From contig CM082585.2 in the NCBI GenBank assembly GCA_040954595.2, positions 7,601,253 to 7,665,252 on the forward strand: 64,000 bases of DNA, in the 5' to 3' direction. A program made the position numbers and the translations under genes. Source of the DNA: Balanoglossus misakiensis (lineage: Eukaryota > Animalia > Hemichordata). How positions within the stretch are numbered: the stretch's first letter is position 1; each line of letters starts with the position of its first letter. Below are positions 26,601 to 38,500 of the stretch, piece by piece. Below the pieces are notes generated by a model. That model did not search any database. It was not told the DNA's origin and was given only the letters and a program-made list of their open reading frames with translations.

Positions 26601-29512
26601 TTAAAAATTTGTTGTCGCGAACCACACAAGTTACTTTAATTGGTAATTTCAGAAACATGTAGATGGGACTTTATCACCCGCCTATTGATGAAACACTAGC
26701 GGAGAATACAGTGTCATAAATATTTCAGCTTTTAATTAATTTCGAGTGTGCGTGAGAATGATTAAAAAGGTAAGCCAGGTGCAGTGTTTAACTACCGTGA
26801 AAAAACAACAGTATTCTTTTAGAAGTTCCACACTGCCTTGCGCGCTAACAATAGGATATATAGTTCCAGCCACACCCTGGATGCCGAGGGTTCGCGTTTT
26901 GTGTCTATCGCACATGCATTACGCACTGCGAGCATATTTCCGACTTGTAGAGAGCACACGCCACTTTGCATATTACCGTAAAACGTCTGTACGGCGTATG
27001 ACAGGTGTTAGTCGCATATCGGCCATGTTTATGATTACTCTTTTACGATTGTTTTGAAAGGATGATGGGAACTCTCTTTTTGCGACCGTGGCTGCCGTTA
27101 CACCACGAATGGTTACACGAATGACAATACAAACAAAACAAACCAGACTATTTAGTTTAGTTTAGCTGCACTCACTGTAATATGGGGCGACGAAGTTGTT
27201 CTCCAGGATCAGCATATTACTGTAGATGGAGTCCCTGACGGCGCTCCGCCTCAGTTTGTTTGTGTTGCACACAGTTACAGAGGGAAACTCCAACATCTTC
27301 TCCGACACCAAGAACACCTGGTGATCAGAACACAGCTGAATTTCAGCACAGACTTTCAAGTACCCACTGGAACATGCTATCTGTTCGACGGGTTGGATGA
27401 ATTGTGATATAAGTAAAATCAGGCGCTAATATATACAGTACCATGGTGATCTGCGATCTTGTTTATTTTAATAAACTACGAAATATAAATTTTCTCCCCA
27501 TAAAATAACAATTATAATAGAAAGAATGGTGTGGTAAGCGCGATAAAAATACCCAGTTACCTTCACGGAGACATTGAACTCAAAATATTGCACCAGCAGC
27601 AGGGTCATTTGGACCAGCATTAACCCGGCTGCCGAGACGACGATGGCCGCCCATGTTACACGAGAGAAGCTCGACTTTGCGCTGGTGATGTGCACAATGC
27701 CGTGCGCTGTCGTTTCCTTGCTGAAGTCTTCTAGAATGTGCTTGAATGATCCCTGGGGAAGTTGGTCTTCTTCTGGGTCGGCCTGGCTGCCCTCCCGTCG
27801 GGATTCGCCCTCGGGCGGTCGGTCTTTCTCGGAAACCTTGGCGTGTCCGTTCTTGGAGCAGCTCTCCTGCACAGTGATGACGTCAGCGCCGATACGACTT
27901 CTTTTTAAGGACAGGATCGGATACGGCGAATTTGACTCGGTCTCTTGCAAACTGGAACGGAAAGAAAACCCAAATGAAAACACACCACCGACATCTGCCC
28001 GCAAATTCCCCACACAAGGCAATGGAATCTGGTAAAGATACAGGTGTGAAATGATACTAAGACACCTAATCTTAATACCGCACATGCATGCGATAACTTG
28101 GTCACGACAACTTTACTAAAACCCGGAGTGCAACTTTATTCATTCGCCATTTCCATATGAAAAACAGTTATCATACAAGGGGAACATTCGTCGAAGTTCA
28201 TCACGTTGGTAAATGTAATATGTTGAGTGGTTATTTTAATTACGCATGTTCACACCATCGTTCATCGATTATTATGACATCAATTATCAGAGCACAATGA
28301 ACGCATGACGTCTCATTTTCGCATCAGTTACTTCGGGTTATAAAGAGATCTTATTTATTTATGATATCTTCAACCACCGCCCATTCGTGACCTTGATTAA
28401 TATTGCCCTGGCTCTGTTGACTCTGAAACTATTCCCAAGCTGACGACAAAGAAAGAAACTCATTGTATAAAGTTGCCTTAAATCATTTGGAATCCATAAG
28501 TAGTTTTTTTCCCCTGAAAGAAACAGAGAAATGTTGACGCTAATGGCCAGGTACCTTTAATTCCGTTCTTATCAAAAGTTATCACACGATCCTTAAAGAA
28601 ACATATAATGCTTGCTTTGAAGTAATTTTACACATTAGCACTTGCAATGTCCACGATTTCTCCAGAGATATCATACTGCTCTATTAAGGTCCACCAGGAT
28701 ATCGAACAGATAACCTTGCTCCTTGTTGTCTATTTTGTATTTATGTGCTGCCATTATTTCAGTGAAAGAAACTTCAGAGAACCTGGCAACATGTATTGAG
28801 TCGCATAAGCGCGGATCTGCATCAGTAAATAGTTTTGCACAATCCTGCAATCGACCGTCGCCTGTCGACTTATGTGAAACAGAGCGGGGGTCGTGTAAGA
28901 AATTGTATCTCTTATTTTTTAGCTCGGCTATTGAACGGCGTTCGAACGTTCCACTAGAGGTAGAGAATAATTGCGATTATACCTGTACATATTCCAACGC
29001 CCATAGGTCAAACATGTAGTGTTTACATGGCCAGTTGCAAAGACAGTTACCAAAGCACAGCACATCACAGCACAACACAACACAGAACAAACTAGTCCGT
29101 GAAAGAACACCGGAAAACCAGGCAAAACAACCAGAATGTGATGTCCAGCGTTTCGAAAACAGTAAGGCTTATTTTTAGCGTGCGCTCACCCTCAATCCCT
29201 AAGTCAAAATGTTTTTTTTGTCGTGATGTACTCGCTACTTGTAGACTGTATACAGTTCACACAGATAGGCACCAGCGTTTCGCTCATCAAACTAAATAAA
29301 TTGCATTTTTGTATCCACGTCAACCTACCTGTAGCTGTGTGACGTATTTGCCGGACAATCGAAAAACATACGCGCAATGTGTTGGTCAGAGCTGTCATGT
29401 TATGACATTTCATGAAAAAAACTTACCTACGCTCAACGCTTGTGTTGGTGTGGCCATATAGCCAGGATGATCGGTATGTGACCGGGGTCGTGAAATAGTT
29501 GCCCTTATCCAT
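16830..29512 (-). CDS. DEG/ENaC (amiloride-sensitive sodium channel family) subunit with an inserted LDLa x3 - F-type lectin x3 - PAN/Apple - LDLa cassette; about 24 exons
   Basis: Probable first exon 29512-29427 (MDKGNYF..., phase 2) joins 27951-27560, which holds the HG motif FSKETTAHGIVHI and TM1. FPSVTVCNTN lies at ~27318-27176. The cassette spans ~26317-21446. The channel core resumes with MGHQAEDFILQCTY (~21183-20896), YGNCFHFN (20401-20295), GLSLTLFTEQ (20056-19893), PYGNC, thumb cysteines CEKAC/CGC/CTCPPPC, SQWPS, NLVRLNVYFESLNY, and TM2 LLSDVGGTLGLYVGLSVITVCEI (16998-16830). Confidence 0.9.
17526..17638. repeat. (ATC)n microsatellite grading into (ACC)n, intronic
   Basis: About 28 ATC units, then CAC/ACC units. 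Confidence 0.95.
19186..19270. repeat. (CATT)n/(CACT)n microsatellite, intronic
   Basis: Direct reading. Confidence 0.9.
21250..21337. mobile_element. 80-bp piggyBac-like MITE (TTAA-CCC...GGG-TTAA)
   Basis: ttaa|ccctttc ... gtgggg|ttaa: TTAA on both sides, CCC/GGG termini, and a related copy at 2611-2699. Confidence 0.6.
21649..21920. repeat. Compound microsatellite (ACAT)n-(GCAT)n-(GCAC)n-(AC)n-(ACAT)n, intronic
   Basis: Direct reading; source of the spurious MYVC/HTYI ORFs. Confidence 0.95.
24864..25106. repeat. Compound microsatellite (ATTC)n-(ACTC)n-(AGTC)n, intronic
   Basis: Direct reading. Confidence 0.95.
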
Positions 29513-32500
29513 CGAATTTGTTTTCTGTAAAATTACGTATATATCCGTCTCCTGGAACTTAGTCGATGTTCATCGCGATCTCTGTTCGCTGAACATTGTC
29601 ACACGTCGTGCTTTGATATGATGTCTGAGGGACGGATAGCAGACTAGTCTCTTTTGTGACGTGTTTTAATTATGTTAATGACCATCGAATGCAATGTGCC
29701 AAATGATGCATATAAAATTAATTGGCATGATACACATGGAGCCATATACAGGGGCGCAGGAAGCAATTGTTAACATATAACCAATGAACGCCTCGCTGAT
29801 GTCTAGAAAACATCGGCCTACAGCTGGCACGCATGCACTGGTGGCGTTTTTCTGAATTCTCGGACTCGGTGTTCCGTGAGGCCGCTCGCTGCTACACCTC
29901 AGGCGGCACGCCACATATTTTACCACTGGCCGCCGTTGTTTGACGTCGTTTGTATTCAAATTTTAATGCAAGTGTGCCGAGGTGATAATCCGCGTTTGTG
30001 TCACGCTCGTCAAAAAGTGATTTCATGTTTTCAGGGAATCGGAGAAATGTTAACAAGTGTTCAATTTGGCACCACATCCACACCGCACTTCCTTTGTCGG
30101 AATTGTAACTGTAAATTACCGTCTTTTGTTATTTTCTCAGCTTGGGCTATCACAGTTGTAACTGTTAATTACCGTCTTTGTCTTTTTCTCAGCTTGGGCT
30201 AATAAGAACAATAGTGTTTTGTACAGACCCCACGCGGGCAGCTGTGATATGCTATACAAGGATTCAATATTTTGGGAAATTCTGGTTAGTACGAGATGGA
30301 CAGTTTTTGAGTTCTACTGGTCCAGGCTGGACTGCAGGTTTATTGTCCCGTCCCTCCAAGGTTATATAGTTGTGTAAATTGTCCGTTAATTAACAGTCAG
30401 TCGTACACGACGAGTGTCACGTTTTGGCAATTTATAAAGCACGTCGGGTTATGATGAACTGCATTGACCAGAAACTAATTTCTTTACTTTACTCTGGGGA
30501 AATCGTCGCTTGTGTGGTCGTCAAGAGAACGTTAAAAAAAGACAGAATTGTTGGCTACGGTTAATAAGGTACACCACAGACGGCTACCCCGGGTAATTCA
30601 TTAAATTTAACGCGAGAACATGCACGCCGAGTCTATTTATATAATTTTAACGGTGCACATACGATCATTATTAAACGCAATTTTCTATCAAATATGTCGC
30701 TGTTACCGCTAGCTGCTACTGGCATCGACTTACCTATTTTCAGAACTGGCGTTGGTGTGTCCGTACAGCCATGACGCTCGGTAGGTGACCGGTGACGTGA
30801 AACGTTTATTCTCATCCATGGCTTGCGAATGCAGTATCGGAGAGACAGCTGTTATATGTCTAGTACCTCCTGAACACTGTTCACCGAACCTGGTCACAAT
30901 GTATGTGTAATTGGCGTGTATTTCGACGACAATTATTTGGTGGTACCGTGTACCATGATCTGTTTGCTATTTTTATAACGATACCCGTAATAGAAATCCA
31001 ATTCCAGGTAAAAAATAATAATAATAATTTACATAAGGTCGCACTGACCCCTGTTGTTTCTCGAATCGCGTTACAACTTTTGTCATTTTTCTCTGATTTC
31101 AAGGAATTTGATATTATTTAGGCACATTCATAATTGATCACATTTCTTGCTTCGGTAAAGGAATTATCTTGTGACTTTGAATTTTTGATGTTTTCATTCC
31201 AGATTAGCTTCATGTAAACATGATTATAGGCATTTTGACTAATCGCGGGTGAAAAGCGGTGAATTAAGAGAACGTCTTCGGAGAATTCCATTCATGCTTT
31301 GTGAATAAGTATCAGCTTAGAGGCAATTTGGAAATGAATTCATGTTTGTCTGCAATGGGTATTGTACTGGTGTCGTTGTGCTATAAAGTCAATTTATTCG
31401 CTCTAAAGTATAAATTGCAAGTACGATCGTGTCCATACTGTCAGAGTCAAACAGTAGAGGCTTGCTTTCAACCAACACGCGTGTCCCCAATTTCTCTCCA
31501 TTCTATTTTCAGAGCCAATAAATTCTCACTTGTTGACGAGCGCTATCCATAACAATCAGTATCATTTTCACTTTATGCAAATGAGGGTTACGCTTTCAGC
31601 AACACCGTCTAGTCAATTAATTACTCACAGTACTACTTGGTCGTGTGAATACAGTACAATTGGTCACAGGCATCTTATGTAGATGTTCATATCTGATATG
31701 CATAGAATATATAATATATTGTTAAAGTATTACGCAATTCAGTTGTGGAAATTAGAATGCGCGCAAAATCGGCAATTTGTCGTCGATTATTTCGAGAAAG
31801 GCGATGACCGCATTCCCCCCCGCGGATTGATATTCACTGTGACGTCATTTGTTTACACGTCGAACCGGAAGCACACCGCGACCGATACGCGTAAAGTGAT
31901 AGGGGTTGGTTTTCGCGTTGTATCTCACTAATTTGCACCACACCGCTGAAACTCCGTTCGTCTCAGAAAGCAAACTCATACTTCGGTGCTTGTCCATGCA
32001 ACTGACGACAACAAAGTTGCATTCCTCTGGCCCCACGACAATCCAATGTTAATCGAGTGTTACATAAACTACGCAAAAACTCAGGATTCTTAGTACAAGC
32101 GTATTTAATTTTATTGCAGAAAATATCGACTCAATAAATCTCACACTATGAAATTATTGTTTGAATTTCAATGTATTTTACATGCGCATCGTTCATTTGA
32201 ACTCATCACAAAGGTTTTTATGATCTATGGTTTCGTAACGTGGCAAATCACTGAACAATGCTGATAATATTCTGTAAGAAATTACATTTCACAATATATT
32301 GCTGTCCTTCGACTCCTCTAAAATACTTCAGTCACAGTTGTAGAAAAAATAAAAGACCAAACTTTATAATGAATTTTGAAAATTGAGAGTTAATGCTTTC
32401 TTTTCTGTGTTACGGACATTACGATTCTTCCAAAGATTTTTTACATTGGAATTGTTTATATGTCTTGAGTACAATAAGTGTTAATGATAAGTGAAAATGA

Positions 32501-32584
32501 ATATTCGTGGCCACGGTGGTGTATGTAAATAAGTATCTTGACCCTGAATGCGTCCTGTAATTGTATTGCCTTGTTGCCACCGCT

Positions 32585-35500
32585 CTAGGTGGAGTACACG
32601 CGAAATTTCTGGCCATTTCTTTCTCCGTAGAGCGGTGTACCATTGGCATCGCACAAGGTGTCAACAATGAGACCCTGCGCCATCAACTGGAGATTGTTCG
32701 GAGCGGGAACAGAGTACGCTTCGGTCAAGAGATACTGGTTGGCCGCCACAAACCCGCAGTCCATGTGGTCTCTGTAACAGCCTCTGTAGGCGTCGAGGGC
32801 GCGGTACTCGATTCTCTTGCACGAGTTCTCGCTCGTCTGGTATTCTTGCAGCATGGCGGCAAAGACACAGATTTGCACTCGGTCCATCAGCTGACTTCCC
32901 TGCAGAAAACAGAGACAAATACATGTGTATAGAACCGATACCGATGCTAGGTTTGTGTCTATGAGAATCAAGTTAAAACTTTGGAACTACAAAAGCTTGT
33001 CTGAAACGACACTCCGGGAACTATAAAACGAAATGCAGTCAGACTTGTTTGGAAATAGAAGTGTTAGCTTACGTCAGATTTCAGATAATTCTTGGCACTA
33101 GTCTCGCCCTCGCAGATCTTTTGGAAGGACAGGGCGAAACCATCTGGGCCGCAGGGGTATCGTTTGTCGAAACAGCTGTAGAAATCACAGTGTCCATCCC
33201 GTGCAAGTTCTTCGCATGAGCTATCTGTGTCTGTAGCCAAAAACGAAAGACAAAACTATTATTTGTGTGCATGTATCATGTATCAGATGTGTACATGAAT
33301 ACTAGTATAACCGTTCGAAGTCAGGAAAGAACCGACAAGTACACTAACCGGCTGTTGGCGGTTTCAGTGGAAACATGTCAAGTATGCGACTCCTGACGCT
33401 GGCCTTCATCTCGTCCAAAGACTCGTCCGCGGAGTGATACCCGTCCACGTGGAACTGCCTGGTGATGTCATCGATTTGGTCGTCCAGCAGATAGAGGACG
33501 CTGTCCTCCTTCCCAGAATCCGCCTCGGCCACCATCTCGTCCACGCTCGCCTTGAAGTCCGCCATGTTGTCTGGCGACTTCAGAGTCTCGTACAGGTCGA
33601 CGTCGTTGCTCGAGGACGACGACGAGCGGGAAGAACCGCCGGAGACTTTGGTCTTCCTTGTGCAGTCAGTCACAAGCTTCTTGCCGTAATAAAAGGTATT
33701 TTTGCAGGTTGAGTCGCTGAAGGTGATCGGTAGCCGTTTGTAAATATCTGCGATGCCCTCAGTCACGCACTCCATGATCTTTCCCCACACAATCCCATAC
33801 TGCAAATAACAAGAGTTAGAACAAGCCCGTGCCGTTAACACCCAGTACACCTTTTTATATGGTCTGCATGTACTTAAAGGGGGGAGGGCGTCTGAACTGC
33901 GCATGTTCAATTTTTCTGTTTATAAACATACCATCCACATTGTTCTCACTGTTCCTCCCATAATAGTGTAGGTTATGAAAAATCAATATAAGACGCCGGA
34001 CCTACCAGTGGTCTCTCCCGAAGTTTGCAATATTTTGTCAATGTCTTGCTCAGGTCATAACGCCTTCCTTCGTTGCAGATATGTCGGTGGTTGAAACAGT
34101 CGAAAAACTCGCAGTTGCCACTGCGGGCTTTTGCCAGGCATTCCGCATCAATACCTGAAAGTTACCAGAACGAATCTGTTAGACTTGTAATGCATAATAA
34201 TGTGATTCCTTTTTTGTTGTGATCCCTTTTCAGCCAGTTAACGCGTGCCAAATTGAAGGATTCAACTGATGATTACATTCAAGAAAGAACAGTCACATAC
34301 GTCTGATGGACAGCCACGAGGCAAAAGAAGAAGTCGTGAAACTGATGTTCAAAGGTAAGACACTATGTACGAACATCTACGTCTATTTTCCGGTACTGCG
34401 AGGCATATTTGGAGGGGGCTACGGGCGGTGTACATAATGGAATAGGACTTGATTCCCAGGCAAATGTATTTACATGCAATTGCCCCCAATACATGTAGTT
34501 CCAAACGATGAAATCTATTTTGGAGGAAATTGACCGCCTGCATTTTTGCTATTGCTATTTCTAGCATCGTTCAACTGTTATCGTTGAAACTGCTTAAATT
34601 AATTGTAATGAGTGACAACCGACGTGCCAGTAGAAATCATGTGTTACCGTTATATCTATACCCACCTGTTCGGATGACCGACACTGCGTTGGGTCCCCCA
34701 CATTGCTCGTTTGAATTGCCGCTGCATGTGTACGAACACTGGGAGGCAGAGACCGTGTTGCTGTCGAATGTAAAGACAAGATTCAAAATTGGTGATAAAT
34801 TCAGTGCTGTTCTGCTAGATGTGAACAGTTGTGTTACATTTCTGCCTCAGTAGTTCTTCCCGGTTGCATGGCAACCATTGAGAATGTATTAAGTTATTTT
34901 ATAACAATTAATATGCGCATTTCTCGTCGTCCCGTGGAAGATATACCAATGAGAGGTCAGACCGCGCAAATTAGCATGACGTGAGGATGGTCGCATGTTG
35001 GCGCTGTATTTACAAAACACAATTTTAGTGACGCCATAAATTTCTTACCTTTCGGACTGGTCATTTCCGCATGCGCAAGTCTTGGCATCAATCAAACCAG
35101 CGTATTCGTAGCCATTGAAAGAACAGTAAGCGTAACAATACTGTACAAACATAGCGTCTGACGTAAACTGTGCGTGATTGAGGTTGGACGCAGACTCCTG
35201 AACGCACCCAATATATCCTACACACGAAAAATACACATTATCATTATTTTTTCAAGTTCCTCTTCCCTGTCTTGTTTAAGTAGAAGTCCGGCAATCCGGA
35301 GACTGGATTTTACATATGTGCTAGCTTTGGATACAGGAAATCATTTTTTTCTGAGTATAATTCACGCGATTTTCAAACGGTGTCCTGCGCGGCGATTTTG
35401 ATACCTACCTGTCTTGTAGACAGAATTTCGAAGGTTACCGCCGCAGAAATACCCCTTCGGAGCGTCCGTACACTTGTGCGAACACTCGGAATCGGCTGCG

Positions 35501-38500
35501 GCCCGCCCGTGTCTGTCGTACGTAACCCCGCACCAGCAGCTCTGGGACGAGGTGAACTGGAGGCCGGCGTACGGGTAGCCTCGTCCACGGCAGTAGAATG
35601 TGCAGCTGTCGATGGTGATTTTGGACAAGGAGGTCGCCTGGTGCGAAAGTGCTCGCGATGTAGATCTGTCGATGTAACACCCAAGCGAGTGTCCTAAAAC
35701 GAGGGCAATGATCAGAGTAAGGGTTTAATACTTCAGTGGTAAAATTTTTCTGGAAAAATCTTATGATAAACGGTAGCGAAGTCTGATAACGTCGAATGTA
35801 CGTATTCTACTTCATTTAACTCTTTTAAACCACATAAAGGGGGCGTTTTCACCTTACAAGACTTCTGGATTCCTAAAACTAATAATGACAAAGCATAGAA
35901 GAGGGCACTCTTACCACAGAAGGGGTCGTCTCCCGTCGTCTCCAGATAGTACAGCGTCGGGGAGTTTGGTTTGGTTGCGTGGAAACCCATCCTTTGACAC
36001 GGCTGCGAGGTACAGCCGCTACACCTGTCGGTGGAATACATGTACATGTATTCTGTAATCTTACGTGGGCTCATTGTTGTGAACGTACGTCAAACAAGAG
36101 GGAACGTTTTACATTTGGTTCTTTACTCTGTATCTTAATATGGTACTAGATGGTTATTGAAGCCTAAAGATTATTATGGTCTTTTACAGGTAATTGAGCC
36201 TTCAAGCTACGCCCCACTTGGTAACCCACCTTCTAGTTCGGAGCTCAAAGTGACCGTTACACCTCTCGGAGATGAAACCGCACCGGCTGTTGATGCTGGC
36301 CGCAAACAACAGCGTGGCCCTGCTGTGGTCACACGGGAAGAACGTACAGCCCGGCTGGTCGTTGCCACCGTTGGGGTAGAAATCAGCGTGGCCGAGGGAC
36401 TGCGGGGCGAGAAATTACAGGTTAGTTTGCATCTTTACGCTATAATTCATCAAACAAGGCATAGGTTAACCTATCCCCCCAAGCAATCCGTTTATCGGAT
36501 TGGGTGCCCTGAGTATGAATTCCTGGCCCTTATAAAAAAGCCTCAATATGTGTACTTCTGTCGTAATCAAAAATTTGCCAGAAAAAGGGAAAGGTTTTTA
36601 CGCCATTACTTGGTAAATTCCTAGCTGTGGAAACGTGCCGCCTGTATGGTCGTCCTGTTCCACGGCATCAGAGTGGATCACGTCCACGAAGTCGGCGTCG
36701 TTCCTTGATACGCAGTGTGGTCCCGGAGCCTTGCGCCTTTCTCCCGACTGAATCAGGAAATTCGGCCGAGCGGGGTCCAGAGCTGAAAATATGTTAATCA
36801 TTTGTACAGATGATGAGTTTTCGCATGTTGCGTGATCCCGCGAGAGTTGGTTAACTCCCGGCCGTAGCAACGGTTTGTTCCGTATGAAACTAGAGTTGGT
36901 GCAGAAAATTGTAACTTTTGTGCTGATCACTGAGCACGATGGGCCTGCGTTGTTCGTCTTGCGTCACACGCGAGATCTCGCGGGATCGTATGAAGTTCAA
37001 GTTCGGAAAATTGTCTTTAATTCAACTATTATTTTGTGAAGTATGGAGGACGTACCTGTTACGCGCCTAGCCTTGCAAGGGGAGGCCCCGCATAGCAAGT
37101 CTCGCTGGATCCATTTGCCGGCCATGCCGCTGATTTGAGCGCCCAGGCTGTGTCCGATCAGGTGAATGTCGTCGAGGGCGCTGCTGTCATGCCTTTCGAG
37201 AACGAGGCCGAGAAGCCGTTTGATCTGGTTTGCAACAATCCTGGTATTGCTAGAGGCTTGGTCGTATTCTGGATGCTTAAAGAACTGTGGATGCAGAATA
37301 AGTCATAATTTGGTAGACAAATGTGTTAATAAAAAGGAGCGATTCGTGAAACTGTGTGAAGGCAACAAGGTTCCCTCCAGAGTATGTATTGACTACAACC
37401 TTTACCAATTAGACTCGAATAATTGGTAAATTGGGGATATCGTTACGTCCAGGCTAGAAACCGGGTTTCATTTATTTGAATGTTTACGTACATCAGCATT
37501 AGGGTTTGCGGCATCTTTCCAGTCCACTGCGATGACGTTGAAGTCTCCGGCGGCGAGGAGGCCATCGGCGATCGCCAGCACCCACGCGGTATTTCCCTCG
37601 CTCTGAAATCCGTGCGTGATGAACTGAAAGGAAGAGGGACCGACAGTTAGCAGACATTCTGGTTCGTCGCTTGGAGGCGCTGTTTCAGCTGGTGACCAAG
37701 CATGCCAATCGGACACAATACAGGCTGACTAAGAGAATGAACACCGGGGGTGTTTTCTATACCTTGATCGGCTTTCCAGGCATGAACTCGGAGTGCAAAG
37801 ACGTGGGAAACTGCAGGTCCACCCCCTGCCTTTGGGATCGCGTGAAGAGCTTGAAGCCCGCTGCTATGCCTTCTTCCGGCAGCTCGTCGAAGGAGTCGAC
37901 GCAGAATCGGCCGTCGGCACCATAATCCGCACAGTCTGTAGAATAAAATAAACCAACAACGCGCCTTTGTTATCCGTTATAGTGGCCATACGGCGATATT
38001 CTTGTAAGGCATTATATGCAAAGGGGTATCATTTATAAATGCCTATACATACATATTTTCATAGAAAGCCACACCCATTGGGTGCTGACGCGTGACAACA
38101 TTTTTGAGTGCTCACAACCCCGCACATAAAAAGCATTGCTTTCCTACCGCAGAAGGGCTTGCTTCCCGTGGTTGACAGATAGTACATCGTCGGCGTGCTC
38201 GGTTTGGCGGCGTGGTAACCCATTCTTTGGCAAGACGCTGATGTACAGCTAGTGCACCTTTTGTTTTGGACGTCACTAACACTGTTGCATGTCTCGGCAG
38301 CGAATAGACAAGGGCCTTTAATGCTGACTGAGAACAGCCATGTAGCCCTGCTGTGGTCACAAGTAAACAGTGTGCAGCCCGGTTGGTCGTTGCCGCCGTT
38401 GGGGTAGAAGTCGGCGTGGCCAAGAGGCTGCGATGACAAAAATACACGTGGTTAATAGCGACGTTTGCCTTGATGGAAAAATATTTTCCTGGAAACAGAT

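Noticed and set aside
34354-34415. Possible extra mini-exon between WSC 2 and the Cys-rich repeats
   Set aside because: Flanking exons already join in phase 1 and no strong donor was found.
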